64,000 bases of DNA from Veleropilina oligotropha. Its lineage: Eukaryota. Below, in pieces: positions 1-12,778 of this stretch. Where the stretch lies: the NCBI GenBank assembly GCA_048128005.1, contig JBEUKZ010000096.1, forward strand, positions 434,001 to 498,000, read 5' to 3'. Under the pieces are notes generated by a model, which saw only the letters and a program-made list of their open reading frames with translations, was not told the DNA's origin and did not search any database. Position 1 is the stretch's first letter; each line of letters opens with the position of its first letter. The position numbers and the translations under genes were made by a program.

Positions 1-270
1 CTCCCCTCTTACTAAGTTCCTTTGGGGTTCTGAACTTTGAATTGAGGTCTTGTGATCTCGAGCTCGGATATCTCGCGAGACTTGGCGAGATCTCGCCGGG
101 GGAACTTAGAGAGGTGGAGCAGGGGAGGTAAACGTGGTGTGTTTTTGACTTAATAGTGCATAAATGTGACATTATTCACTGTTTCCGGTTGGCGATAATA
201 TGACTATTATGGCAAGAGTAAGGACGTAAGTATGTTTTATACTAATATTAGGTTTACTTAAAAACCTCAT
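1..270 (+). mobile_element. Right end (right ITR plus terminal extension) of a DIRS-type retrotransposon that continues upstream of the window
   Basis: Near-identical to about 10950-11215, the right end of the complete DIRS copy; both end in AAAACCTCAT. Confidence 0.9.
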
Positions 271-282
271 TTTTGTTTTCAG

Positions 283-413
283 AACATGTGAGCGAGCAAG
301 TGATGTACATTTTATTCTGGGGCATCGCAAGTCTTGTGTCCTTGTCTGCCGTGTACTTCTACGGTGCAGAATTTGTTGACAAACCTCGACTGGCAAAGTT
401 CAAAATGGAATAA
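283..413 (+). CDS. SACM1L: Terminal coding exon of SAC1-like phosphatidylinositide phosphatase
   Basis: After the acceptor TTTTGTTTTCAG it reads HVSEQVMYILFWGIASLVSLSAVYFYGAEFVDKPRLAKFKME*. This matches the SAC1 C-terminus: second TM helix (YxLFWGxAS), G-x-x-FVDxPRL and a KxKxx ER-retrieval motif. Not in the ORF track. Confidence 0.85.
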
Positions 414-647
414 GTAGTCTTCCAAGTCACACTGATCCTGACAAGAGAGCGAATGTTCTTCATGAACGAACAGAGTGTACATACCATAAATATGTATATA
501 TTATCTGTGCAACAAGGAAACTGTTATTTTAATGCCAGTGCTCTTTCACAACGAATTTGTCATTGTAACGAATTTCGACTCTTTATTTCAGTCTGTTAAT
601 ATTAGTTTCATTGTAACGTTCATAGTAAATTTATAATATATATAAAT

Positions 648-1243
648 AATTGTATCCCCGGACAACAAAGTCGGGGATAGTATGGTTTAGTCATCGTTCA
701 GCTGCCGCAGAGATTTCTTGTGTGCGCTCTACAGTGACAAGTTCTATCCGGTTTGATTCAAATCCGGTATGCGCGTTAGTTATGATGAGGACACGCCACC
801 TAATGATTTTCGTCATATTCAGATCAAAGATGGTTGCCGTGGCGACCATTTTGTTTGGAGAGATTCCTTGTCCGCGCTCTACAGTCAAAAGTTCTACTCC
901 GATTGCATTAAAATTTGGTATCCAAGTTAGTTATGATGAGGACACGTCGCCTATCAAAGATGGCTGCCATGGCGGCCATTTTGTTTGGAGAGATTTCATG
1001 TGCGCGCTTTACAGTGAAATTTTAATCTGATTCGATTCAAATTTGGTATGCTTGTTAGTTATGATGAGGAAACACCATGATGTAACGATTTTTGTCGATT
1101 TCTGATTCAAATTGGCCGCCGTATTTTGAGGAATTTCTTGTGAAAAGCTAATATCCGATTTGATTCAAATTAGATATACACGTTTGGTAAGATGAGGACA
1201 CGGCGCTTATCCCCTCGACTTGCCGGGTCGAGGATTCGCTAGT
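648..1243. mobile_element. Non-autonomous Helentron-like (HINE) element with degenerate ~110-bp internal repeats
   Basis: Terminal hairpin TATCCCCG..CGGGGATA, repeated GATTCAAATTTGGTAT..TTATGATGAGGACAC units, ends in CTAGTT. Confidence 0.55.
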
Positions 1244-1580
1244 TATTTATTAGATGTGCATAAATAATATTACAGTCAATAGCTCGTGAGCTAGTGTTCT
1301 TTATTTATGTACCACGCCGACGTTAAATAAAACTTATTTGATTTGATTTGATTTGAAATGTACAGTAGTAAAACCGCCATGAAATTATGGCTTACATTTG
1401 ATTTACCATGATTATGTATGCGTAGGAAAACGAAATGTTGACACTCTTCATGTAATTATAAGATTCCAGTGTTTTTGATTGGTCAAACTGATGATGTACC
1501 AGTTCACTTACTTATAGGGTACTACGCAATGTTATGTGCTCGGTAGTTGCCTCCATGTTATTTATAATGGGGGGGGGGGG

Positions 1581-1780
1581 GGCAGCATGGCCGAGTGGAT
1601 ACGGTGCTGGTCTACTAAATGGGAGGTCATGGGTTCAAGCCCCGGGAGTGCCTGGGATTTTTCCTATGATCGCTGCCTCCATTGCACACAGCACCAATTT
1701 ATCTCATCATTCAAAGTTGATTGACCCGATTTATAACTGAAATACTGTAGGCGTGGTCGTTAAACATCAATTCCATTCAA
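1581..1780 (+). mobile_element. tRNA-derived SINE (family A)
   Basis: A box TGGCCGAGTGG and B box GGTTCAAGCCC; an inverted copy lies at about 16665-16866. Confidence 0.75.
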
Positions 1781-1809
1781 CACTATGTTATTTATCAAGA
1801 AACCCGAAA

Positions 1810-3350
1810 TGTATCCCCCGAAATGAAAGTAGCGGGGATACTATGGTTTAGCGCCGTTACGCCGCGTCCGCCGAGAGATTCCTCGTGATCACTCTAGGCA
1901 GGCCATTTCTTTACGGAATGTTTTCAAATTTGGTATGTGCATTGGTTGGGGCGAGAACACGACACCTATAGAATTTGGGTGTGGTCTGACCTCTAAGATG
2001 GCCGCCGTGGCCTCCATCTTGCATTTTAAGCATAATTCCTCGTGATCGCTCTAGACAGGCCGTTTCTTAATGGAATATTTTCAAATTTGGTATGTGCATC
2101 GGTTGGGGCGAGGACACGACACCTATAGAATTTGGGTGTGGTCCGACCTCCAAGATGGCTGCTGTGCCTCCATCTTGGATTTTAAGCAGAATTCTTTGTG
2201 ATCGCTCTAGACAAGCCATTTCTTAACGGAATGTTTTCAAATTTGATATGTGCATTGGTTGGGGCGAGGACACGACACCTATATATATTGGGTCACGTGA
2301 CCCCAATATTTTGGCGGCCATCTTGAATTTCATTAGAAAACTATTTTCTTTTATAAATTTGTTAATATTTAACCTAGCGTGACATGTTTTATATTAAGGG
2401 TCTTAATAAAATGGCTATATCTTGAAAATGATGCAATGTAGACACATGGTCACTATGGGGAGGAAGTCAAGATTGGGCTATCAAATGCCATCATGACCTT
2501 TGACCTCAGATGACCTACATTGCTCTAAATGACCTAATTAAGAAAAAATGGATATATGTGTGCCTATAATGGATAAAGTGTACTCCTATTGACGTATGTA
2601 GTCGACATTTACCAATTATGCCAGATAAAATTGGAAAGCAGGAACTGCCTCGGCGGCCATTAAAGCATTTGTTTTAAGTTGCAATATATGCACCGTGGAC
2701 ACAGTTACTATGGGAAGTCATGGTTGATCTTTCACAAGTGACCTTGACCTTTGACATCAGTTGACCTACATTGCAGGAAATGACCTAATTAAGGAAAAAG
2801 ACATGTTTGCAAGAAAATGGTCAGGAAATGGCCAACTCGGTTAATATTGATGCTAGAGCTTAGATATTTTAAATTAGGTAAATTAAAAAATTCGATAAAA
2901 CGAACAAATTGGCCACCACATTTCTGCGGCATTCGATTCAGAGTGGCCATATGTATATATTATTAATGAAATTTTTAGAAAAAAAACTTAAGAAACAATT
3001 TATATAATTTTGTATAATTTTTTTTAAAGAAGTTTTTTATGTCTGCAAGTATCATTATAAGTAAGCACAAAACGACATATATTTTGGGTGTGGCCTGCCC
3101 TCCAAGATGGCCACCACGACCACCATAATTGCTTGTGATTGCTCCGTTTTCTTAACGGAATGTTTTCAAATTTGGTATGTGCATTGTTTTGGGTGGGGAA
3201 ACGACACCTATAGATTTTGGGTGTGGTCCGACCTCCAAGATGGCGGCTTTGGCCGCCATCTTGGATTTTAAAGCATAATTCCTTGTCATCGCTCTAGACA
3301 GGTCATTACCGGGGGATACATGTGCGGTCACTCGTGACTGAGCGTCTAGT
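1810..3350. mobile_element. HINE-like element with ~153-bp tandem core repeats
   Basis: Hairpin TATCCCCCG..CGGGGATA, repeated TTTTCAAATTTGGTATGTGCAT..GACACCTATAG..CAAGATGGC units, ends GGGGATACAT..CTAGTT. Confidence 0.6.
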
Positions 3351-3579
3351 TTAAATATGAGATTAGCAAATTTACAAAAGTAAGTATGCATTTAAGATAT
3401 CCTTATCAAGTGGTATTTTCCACATCCTGGTATCAACTTAATTATATGCCAATCCATTTCTCACGCAGTTTGACGAAACCCTGTATCACACAAAAACTTG
3501 ATATGGATTTGAAAAACGACTCCTGCTTATATATTCAAAATTGCTGCCAAATCGTAGTAACTATTTCCAAGTCGATATA

Positions 3580-3892
3580 ATAATAATAATGGATAATAAT
3601 ATTGCGCCTTTCCATGCACGAATGCTTGCTCAGGCCTGTTCTATTCGAGATTCCAGCTCAACTCTCTTTGAGAGCATTCCAGCCGAGCTGCCATTTATAG
3701 GCGCATCAGACTTGTCATACTGACAATTTCTGTCACTGCCAACCAGGTACCCAATTCGATTTTAAATCGGCTGGGTGAAACCGAGGCACATATATGCTAA
3801 ATTCCTTGTCCAAGGAAACTCGCCGGGATCGGGGATTGAACCCCAAACCTCTCGATGAGAGGCCAGTACATTACCACTGAGCCACGGCGGCA
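3580..3892 (-). mobile_element. tRNA-derived SINE (family B)
   Basis: Minus strand has A box GTGGCTCAGTGG and B box GGTTCAATCCC, with an (ATT)n tail; a plus-strand copy lies at about 39438-39778. Confidence 0.75.
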
Positions 3893-5226
3893 CATATGGA
3901 AACACGTGTTCATATGTAGTTACAAACATACTTACGTCCTTACTCTTACTCTTGCCATAATAGTCATATTATCGCTAACCGGAAACAGTGAATAATGTCA
4001 CATTAAGCACTTATTAAGTCAAAACGCACTACGATTACCTCCCCTGCTCCCGCTCTCTAAGTTCCCCCGGCGAGATCTCGCCAAGTCTCGCGAGATATCC
4101 GAGCTCGAGATCACAAGACCTCAATTCAAAATTTTCCGCCGTAACGGAAAGACGTGTTTTTTGCTCCGCAAATTTGTCTTCCGATTTACACGTTAAATCG
4201 AGGACGCTATAACCTTATATCAGTAATATAAGTTGTGGAATATACCCTGTGTTGTGGATAATAAAACACAAGTGAATATAGGAAGATTGTGATTCTAAAC
4301 TTCGAGAAGTGTGGAAATCAAGTGAAACCGACATCGCCGCTGTTGCTGGGAAAAAGCATGGCCGCTTAGAGGGGAAGTTTCGTGTGTAGCAGAAATTTCT
4401 GGTCGGTATTTTTATCTGATATTGTTTGAGACTGCAAAAACAGGTAACTCATTATATTGGATAATTTCTTAACGACGCTATTGCTGGTTATTATTGTATA
4501 AAAATTCTAGCGTCGTTAATAGGCAGGATTGTCAGATATCATTTTTAGTTATTCTGATATCCTGCCATTTCTGGGATAATGCGCCATTGTACTAACATAA
4601 AAACATCCACGAGGTTTTCAGGTGTTTTCCTGGCGGTTTTTTCTAAGAAAGAACCCCCGTTTGTTCTAGTCGATTGGCCGGGTTTTTTTACCGGGTCGTG
4701 CCGGGTTATTACCCGGCCTCGGTGTTCCCAGTTCGGGGTTTTTTGCGGTATATCGCCTAATCTTTGATCTTCAGATTAGGGCAATTTTAAGAGTTGTCGT
4801 AGTAAATAGTCACAACTACCAAATATATACTTTTAACTACCCCGTTCCACCCACTACTACCCTCCCGTGTATTCAGGGAGAGGGCAGTATGGTCCGGTGC
4901 AACTCCGGGTGTAACCCGAAGTTTCACGGATTTCTAGGCGCACGGAATGCCGTGTTCACCGTAACTGACAGTAAGTCTTATATATGTGAACTGTGCCTAG
5001 ATTTAACAGCAGGCAGTGGGCGATCGTATATCCACCGATGAAGCCGACCAGTGCGGTTACCACGGTGGGTTCTCCCCCGAGAAGGGACAAAATGGTAGGT
5101 TAAAGGGAATTAACGTTTTTTTGTCTTCTTCAGGGACGCTGGACGACAGTCGACCATAAAGGAATACCGTCTGTCGCCGGATCTCCCGGCGTAACCTCCG
5201 CGACTCATGGGGGAGTCGCCGTCACC

Positions 5227-7000
5227 TTGCCGGGACCCCAGATTCAGGTAGGAGCCCGAGTGCTGTTCGATCCTCCTAAAACGGGCCTAGTAACTGCAGC
5301 CAACCATACCTTGCCGGCTAGCAAGGTATATCTGGCAACGCAGCGAACCGCTGAACAGGGCAGACATTCCCCATCCTTTTCTTCGGCCTCGAAGAATACG
5401 GGGAAAGTTAGTCCTTCTGCGGGAAACTCTCCGTTTAACGACGGGGAGCGACCCAATGAGAAAGCCTTTAAAGAGGCCGGACACCATTACGATGGTCTAA
5501 GATCCGGACAATTGGTGACACCTGAATCCTCGTTCGAGACCGACGCGACTACCCCTCGGGGTTTTCCGCTCAACCTCGATGCTCACGAGCTTTTCAGAGG
5601 GCCCGTTCTCTCCCGTGCACCCACGATGGTCACGCTAGAGAACGTGGACAGACCGGCTGCGTTCGGTGAGGGGTTCTACGGCGGTTTTCCGACCGTGCCT
5701 CTCGCGAACAGAGTGGTAGACCGATACGGACTGTTGCCGCAGTCCTACCGGTCGTCCGGCCCACCGAACGCGCCTCCGGGACGTTCTTTCGGGTTCGACC
5801 ACTCGACAAGTGTCCCGAGACCCTGGTTCTCGGCTACACCTGTCCATGCAGCCCGTCTACCTAGCGCCACGGTGACTTCGACCGAACTACCGGCTGTTAG
5901 TTCGACGCCCGTCATGCCTCCGGGTTTCTCTTTGGAGAACGTCCAGGCTATGTTCGCGGCGGAGTTCGAGTCCCGATGTCGGGCCTGGCAACCGGCTTCC
6001 TAGCCGCTCCAGGTACCTACACCACTGCCTGTGGCGCAGAGCACGGCTCCTGCCTCCGTGGTGGGGATCGAACCTCGTTCCGACGAGGACCTCGACTCCA
6101 CTCACTCCGACCTCCCTGTATCGGTCGGGCCCGAAGACGCTGGTAGTCTTCCAGGCACGCAGGAGCCGACCTCCACCACCCGCCGAACTCGACGCTGTTG
6201 CGTCACTTCGCGGGGTGCTTGACCGGCCGGAACCGACTCGGTCGTATGTAGGCCCGGTCAAGCACAGGACGGCGGCGCATCGGTTTGTTGAGAAGGAAGC
6301 CCCCTTGCTTCCTTCCTTTCCTCAGTCTGGGCTGGTTGATCTGGTGTTGACTCGACAACCAAGCTCAGTCGGGGGCGCAATCCGGTGGAGTCCTCCCCAC
6401 TGACCGAGTACCCTTCGGGGTTCCGTAGTGGGAGGTACCTCCGGGCCAGTTCGCGTTCGATCCCGTTCGCATATACTGGTCCGTGCCTGGCGACTGAGCC
6501 GGCTCGTGTTGACGCAGCGTTGCGTTGACTGACCGCCAGTCACACTCCCTCTGTAGCGAGAGTTCCTGGGTTCGCCTTGGAAGCTTTCGAGAGCTCCGCC
6601 CGATGGGCTCTGCGGCGATAGCCGTATTACAGGAGGATGGACCCGGCGCCCGTGGGCTGCCCTGTCCTTCCTCCAGGAGGTTGCTGCCGTTATGGAGACC
6701 AACGCGTTGGAGACGGGACGTGTCCTGGGTAACACCTACTTCGTAGGGACGCTTGCCTGAAAGACACCTCGCTAGATGAGGCCACCCGGCGCTCATTGCG
6801 ATGCGTGCCTTGCTCGGCCACCACTCTATTTGGCGACGATTTCTCGGAATTCGTCGACAGAGAGCGGCGGACCTGACGGACCGTACCATCGAGCAGGCGG
6901 TGCTGCACCCCCGGGGGTCCACCCGCCGACTTGAGGAAGCATTCAGGGCCCACCCGGACCCCGAAACCTTCCAAGCGTGCATGGCCCTCTTCTGGTGGTA
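5227..7000 (+). pseudogene. DIRS gag-like ORF1, interrupted
   Basis: Pro/Ser-rich ORF in the ORF1 position. The TAG at 6001-6003 aligns with a CAG in the related copy near 63377. Confidence 0.6.
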
Positions 7001-7099
7001 GGCCTCCGGCCATTAACCCACTCCGAAGAGGCAAGCACCTCCAACAAGCTCCCGTCAGAGCGGGAGAGGGAAGCCTCGGCCCTAGGGCTGCCGGCACAC

Positions 7100-9005
7100 A
7101 CGACAGTCCCAGCTGCCCGCTTCCGCCGGTGGAAGCGTATCTGTTAGCGTACAGCCAGCCGTGGCTAGACTACCAGACAGTAGCTGGGTCCCTCCGTCGT
7201 GCGTGCCGGATACAAGTTGGTTCAACCGGCATCCGACCCTAAACGAGGCACCACCACCAAGACACGCTCGCCTCCTTAACGGAGAGAAGCGAGCGGTCTT
7301 AGACCAGGCAGTGCGGGACCTACTCCTCAAGGAGCAATATATCCCGCGCCGCCCAGCACACCAGGATAATACAGCCATTTCTTCCTGGTCCCGAATCCCG
7401 ATGGCCGCTAGCGACCGATCTTCGATCTCTCGTATCTCAACTAATATCTTCGTACCGAGAAATTCCAGCAGGAAACCCTCTCGAAGATACGAGCGGCCAT
7501 CCGTCCGGGCGACTGGGCAGCGTCTATCGATCTGACCGACGCGTATCTGCATGTCCCGATGCATATCACGGCTCATCAGTACCTTCGGTTTATACACGGG
7601 GAGACGATCTACCATTCAGGTGCCTACCGTTCGGTCTATCGTCAGCCCCGTACGTCTTCACGAGAACAGTACAGGCCCTCGGAGCCTTCCTACACTCTCT
7701 AGGGCTCAGGGTACATATATACCTCGACGACTGGCTGATCCTCGGGGCGTCCCGAGATCTGTGCCTCCGGTCTACGAGCTTTACCCTGTCATCAACGAAG
7801 CGCCTGGGATTTCAGATCAACGAGACAAAATCCGGCTTCGTGCCCTCGACGACGTTTACGTTTCTCGGGGTCGACTTCGATACGGTCCGGTACACCGCGA
7901 ATCCGACCCAGAAACGTATGCGGAACCTACGCGCGGTTATCCAAGACACCCTGTCATCGGACATAACTACAGCGCGACAACTGGCCACTGTCCTGGGGCA
8001 CTTCGAGTCGGTAGCGACCCTGCTACCGACGGGTCACATGAACAAACGACCGTTACAACAGGCGTTCAGGGATCGCTGGATACAACGGACGGGGCAGTGG
8101 ACGGATCGCATCGATCTTTGGCATTGGTTTACCAGCACAACAGCAGTGTGGTTGAACCCTGCTTTGCCGGACCAGTCGGTTCCTATATCCCCGCCAGAGC
8201 CGAACGCTTACCTGTTCACAGACGCTTCGAACGACGGCTGGGGTGGTCACCTCGACAGTTACGAGACATCAGGCCTATGGCCGACGGACCTTCAGGGACG
8301 ACACATCTAAGAGTTAGAAGCCGTCTACCTGTCAGTACGGTCCCTCTCGTCACATCTCCGCACCAAGCACATAATGCTCGCCACGGACAACACGACTGTC
8401 GTCGCTTACATCCAGCACCAGGGCGGCACTCGCTCGCGTCCCCTTTGCGACCGAGCAATAGACCTACACCGCCTAGTGATGTCCCTCATCTCGACGATTC
8501 GAGCCCGACACATCCCGGGAAAGCTGAATGTCAGAGCGGACTCGCTCTCTCGGAAATCACAGATAATACACACAGAGTGGACGCTACACAGCCGAGTAGC
8601 TCGGGACGTTTGTCGCCGGTGGTCACAACCCCTAGTCGATCTGTTTGCAACAGAGTTTAATTACCGACTACCTCTGTATGTCTCCCCGTACCCGGACCCG
8701 GCCGCCCTAGCGGTCGCCGCACTGTCAATGACATGGGAGAATCTGTCCGCGTATGCCTTCCCCCCGTCGTGCATTCTAACACTGGTATTACAGAAGGCAT
8801 CGAACGAACGTTGCAGATAACGCTAATCGCGCCCCTATATCGCACGCAACCTTGGTTTCCGACCCTCCTCGATCTGATCGTCGACCGACCGTTTTCGCTC
8901 CCGCAGAGACCGGGCCGGTTAATGCAGGCGCGCAGCCGTGTATTACAACATCGCCGAACGAATTACGTTTACACGCCTGGCGGTTATCGAACGATCCCTT
9001 GCTAA
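7100..9005 (+). pseudogene. DIRS pol: reverse transcriptase, RNase H and methyltransferase-like domain (frameshifted)
   Basis: IYLDDWLI near 7720, FTFLGV, LFTDASNDGWGG, TDNTTVVAYI..QGGTRS, HIPGKLNVRADSLSR, VDLFA..YAFPP. Confidence 0.9.
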
Positions 9006-9960
9006 GAAAGGAATTTCTCGCGCAACAGCCCTACGCATCTACCGATCGAGAAGGCTTTCCACGACTAAAGTTTATGACTACCGCTGAGTTAAGTACGTGG
9101 ATTGGTGTCACAGCCGGCAGGTCAATATACTCCGTCCCCCTGTGAACAAGTTTATCGAGTTTTATCGTCGCTCTTTGAACGCGGTATGTCAGTGTCCGCC
9201 GTCAAAGCTATCGGGCAACGGTCGCAAGTGCCGTGCCCGTGGTAGCCTACCTAGCGACCGAACGATTTGGATTTCTGCGATCCTTCGAACTCAAAATTTC
9301 GACCCGTACGATACGGCCAGCCTGAAACATCGCTCTCATTTCTTAACGCTCTCTTTCTACCCGTACTAGCCTATGGGCCCTACCTCTATGAGGAACTTAA
9401 CGCACAAAACAGTTTTTTCTGATCGCCTTAGCGTCGGGCAGGCGTTGTTCCGTATTTCATAGTCTATCCGCAGAGCTACGAGACGTTCGTTTCCAGTCGA
9501 CGGGTCGGTGATGCGGCGTCATATCTTGGGTTTCCTCGCCAAGAATCTACGGCCGAACGAAGACGCACCCGATATCGTTATCCCCTAGCTTTACGCTGGT
9601 TAGAGACCCGATGTGGACCGATGTACCTGTCATATGCGTGCCTACGTTACTACCTCGACAGGATCCGTGATACGCGGCAGGGAAAACTACGTATATTTTA
9701 TTCGTATTTACCTTCTATATCCGCGACATTGCGTAGACGACTGTTTCGCGGAGGTTTTCACAGGTAGTGAGAGACTACTCTCGCTGTGAAAAGTAGGCCG
9801 CACGCTATAGCTATTGTATCGATCCGCGCACACGAGGTCCGTGTTTTCGCAGATTCACATCTCAGCGTTGCTTCTCAAAAATGTCTTTATTAAGCCTTTT
9901 CTGGGGATTATTCCATGCGGCTAATGGATTGTGCAGTCTACATAGTAACTGCTCAACGAT
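9000..9960 (+). pseudogene. DIRS tyrosine recombinase, degenerate
   Basis: KTVF/LIALASGRR (about 9406-9446, with a frameshift) and IRAHEVR (about 9822-9842) motifs. Confidence 0.75.
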
Positions 9961-10829
9961 GTATTGTTAGACCGAGGTCGTCTAATCAGTGAGTATTGTA
10001 TCTTGATTGATCAATTTACATAATTTTTGCTGACGCAATTTTATTTGTTGGCCTAGCTGTTCTATGAAATAGACACATATGAGGCGATTCAATGTATGTT
10101 CATTTCTTAAAAACATTTTAAGATTTTGTACTTCATGTCATATCTGAGTATATTGACAAGCCAGATCACATTGAATTTAATAAAACAACTATATTGCGAA
10201 AATCTTAAAGGATTTGAGGTTCAATATTATTGATGTTCTATGCTGTAATCGAACATACGATGTTCAATACATTGAAAAAAAAAATTTAATATTTGCTTCC
10301 TTAAAATTTATTTTAAGTAACATGTCGTACATATTTGCTTCCTTAAAAATTTATTTTAAGTGACATGTCGTACAAGTTAGCGTTTCGCAAGTTGGTCATG
10401 CGAATCACTTTTAATATCGATTATTTATTTAATCTATTAATTCTTTGCTTTTGATTTGATGCTTTCACAACCTGTTAGGTTCCGTGTGCTTACAAATCCG
10501 ACTGCATCCTCTGGCTACCGGCCTATGGCCCGGAGTACCAATTGGCTGCCACTGGCCCATGACACGTAAGACCTACAAGGATAATCCTTCCGGCCGTGCC
10601 TGGGGCTGATTGCACTTCCGTTCACCTCGTCCGACTAACACCACGGCGTATTCTCCCGGTAACACTGGTCGAAATTCTCGCTTGGTAAGAGTAGAATATA
10701 ATACTCAGTAAATTCCACTCTGGGCGGACACAATCGACGCTTCATGCTGATTGAAATGGTGAAAAGTAAGTCATTATCTTGTTTGGGTTTGTTGTAAGGA
10801 ACTTCTTACCCACCTATCCAAGGTTATTC

Positions 10830-10920
10830 TGGCAAGAGTAAGGACGTAAGTATGTTTGTAACTACATATGAGGTTTTTAAGTAAACCTAATATTAGTTAA
10901 AACATACTTACGTCCTTACT
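10830..10920 (+). repeat. DIRS internal complementary region (ICR)
   Basis: Reverse complement of the left terminus joined, through a shared ATG/CAT, to the reverse complement of the right terminus. Confidence 0.9.
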
Positions 10921-11546
10921 ACGATTACCCACCCTGCGTTTCGCATTCCTCCCCTCTACTAAGTTCCTCTGGGGTTCTGAACTTTGAATTGAGGTCTTGT
11001 GATCTCGAGCTCGGATATCTCGCGAGACTTGGCGAGATCTCGCCGGAGGAACTTAGAGAGCGGGAGCAGGGGAGGTAATCGTAGTGCGTTTTGACTTAAT
11101 AAGTGCTTAATGTGACATTATTCACTGTTTCCGGTTAGCGATAATATGACTATTATGGCAAGAGTAAGGACGTAAGTATGTTTTAACTAATATTAGGTTT
11201 AATTAAAAACCTCATTTTTGCTGCATTTATTTCAGTAACAGATCTTGAAGCTTAAATTATTGTTATTTACATCAGTATGAATTGACATTAAAAATTACAG
11301 AAATGCATCTGGCAAATTGTATAAAACTCAGAACACAGAATATTATTTGTTATATTACGCTAACTCGCAATACTTGTTTCTTTAGAGCATTTCAATCATT
11401 CTTTGTGACGTGACGTCATATTATTATACATAGTGATGTGATGTCAAATGTATAGTTACGTATTTATATGCACTGATCTGCGTTGTTAAATAATTCTAAA
11501 GTATTTCAACCTTATGACTTTACCATAATGTTTCGATTCAATCTAA

Positions 11547-11942
11547 GGCCAAATAAAATTAATTTTGTGTTTCCGGTAGCCCTACCTACCCTAATATTTT
11601 AGGCCCAACCCTAACAATTTTATTGTCATTTGTCATTTTTTGCGATCCTAATTTTTCATGCACCAGCTTATCGCCGATCTGTTTTTTCGTACACCCAACG
11701 TACACCATACTTAATATCTCTCGCCATTTCAGTGTAACGCAATGGGAGATAACTCTAGTGACTATAATATGTACATTAAAATTAAAATTAAAATGTATAT
11801 TGTATATAATGAGCATAATGTTCGTATTATATCAATTAGATGATTTAAAAAATAATAATAATTTCCAAAATAATGTTTTTTCCTACCTACCTACCCTATT
11901 TTTTTCAGTCGTTACCGAAAACACAATTAATTTTATTTGGCC
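11547..11942. mobile_element. PIF/Harbinger-type MITE
   Basis: ~30-bp TIR GGCCAAATAAAATTAATT.. with TAA on both flanks. Confidence 0.7.
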
Positions 11943-12317
11943 TAATAAGAAACTTGTGATATATAATAAAAATGTTATCAGCAATTATGTTAATTCTTGC
12001 ACGTTGGAAGCCTCTCGCGAGTTCGGAATTTTAACGTTGAATTAATCACTCTAACTTCATTCTCGCGATTAATTCGCCGTGAAAAGTCCGAACTCACTCG
12101 AGGTTTCCGACATGTCAGAATCCACACAATACTGATAACATAAATAAATAAATAAATAATCTTTATTTAATTTCGATAACCCCATAGGTCTAGCCTATTT
12201 TCATGGGGGTCGAATGCAATAACAGGATGGCTACAAGGTACATAAAATAAAATAAAAAACAGATTATGACGTGGTACATCATTGTACCAGGTCAGTAACA
12301 ATCCGTGTAACTTATAA

Positions 12318-12685
12318 AACAAGAACGACGCGTTCGAAATATGTCTTGACCTTTCTTTATTTCCCTCAAATGTTCATAACAGTTAATACAATGGCTAAGT
12401 GCAAGTACTTCATGGCTTAAATTACTACCCCGTCGATTATGACGTCACCAAATGACGATTAATCTAAAGCGACGTCATAATGACGTCATTGCTATTTGCT
12501 TGCAATATTAGACATCAGTTACATACGAATATGGATTAAAGTGCTCAATAAATGCATATTTTTGCAAAATTGTGTCGCGAAAGTTATATACACGACCTAC
12601 AAATACTCTTGGGAATGTGTGTACCAATTTTGGTGAAAATTGACCTGGTAGTTTTCAAATAAATCGACGGATATATATATATAAA

Positions 12686-12723
<38 letters not shown>

Positions 12724-12778
12724 CACACGGACCATTTGATAATGTCTTGTCCTTTTTTACAAAAAGGTCAAGACATAA
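12318..12778 (+). mobile_element. HINE-like element with (TA)n microsatellite
   Basis: AACAAG start, subterminal TATGTCTTGACC inverted repeat and terminal hairpin; near-identical inverted copy at 38859-39293. Confidence 0.7.

Larger units (their letters stand above)
3911..11215 (+). mobile_element. Complete but decayed DIRS1-type tyrosine-recombinase retrotransposon
   Basis: Left ITR about 3911-4130 is inverted relative to right ITR about 10983-11183, with a right extension to 11215. The ICR is at 10830-10920. Gag-like, RT/RNase H/MT and YR remnants lie in order. Confidence 0.93.

Noticed and set aside
1581..1660. tRNA genes at A/B-box sequences (also near 3850, 16960, 39440)
   Set aside because: No full cloverleaf; each continues into a shared SINE body and tail.
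7551..8660. 369-aa ORF overlapping DIRS pol as a separate gene
   Set aside because: No recognisable motif; overlapping open frames are usual in DIRS elements and this copy is frameshifted.
10480..10700. HDV-like or hammerhead ribozyme in the DIRS 3' region
   Set aside because: I could not build the required pairings by eye; an Infernal or RNArobo search would be needed.
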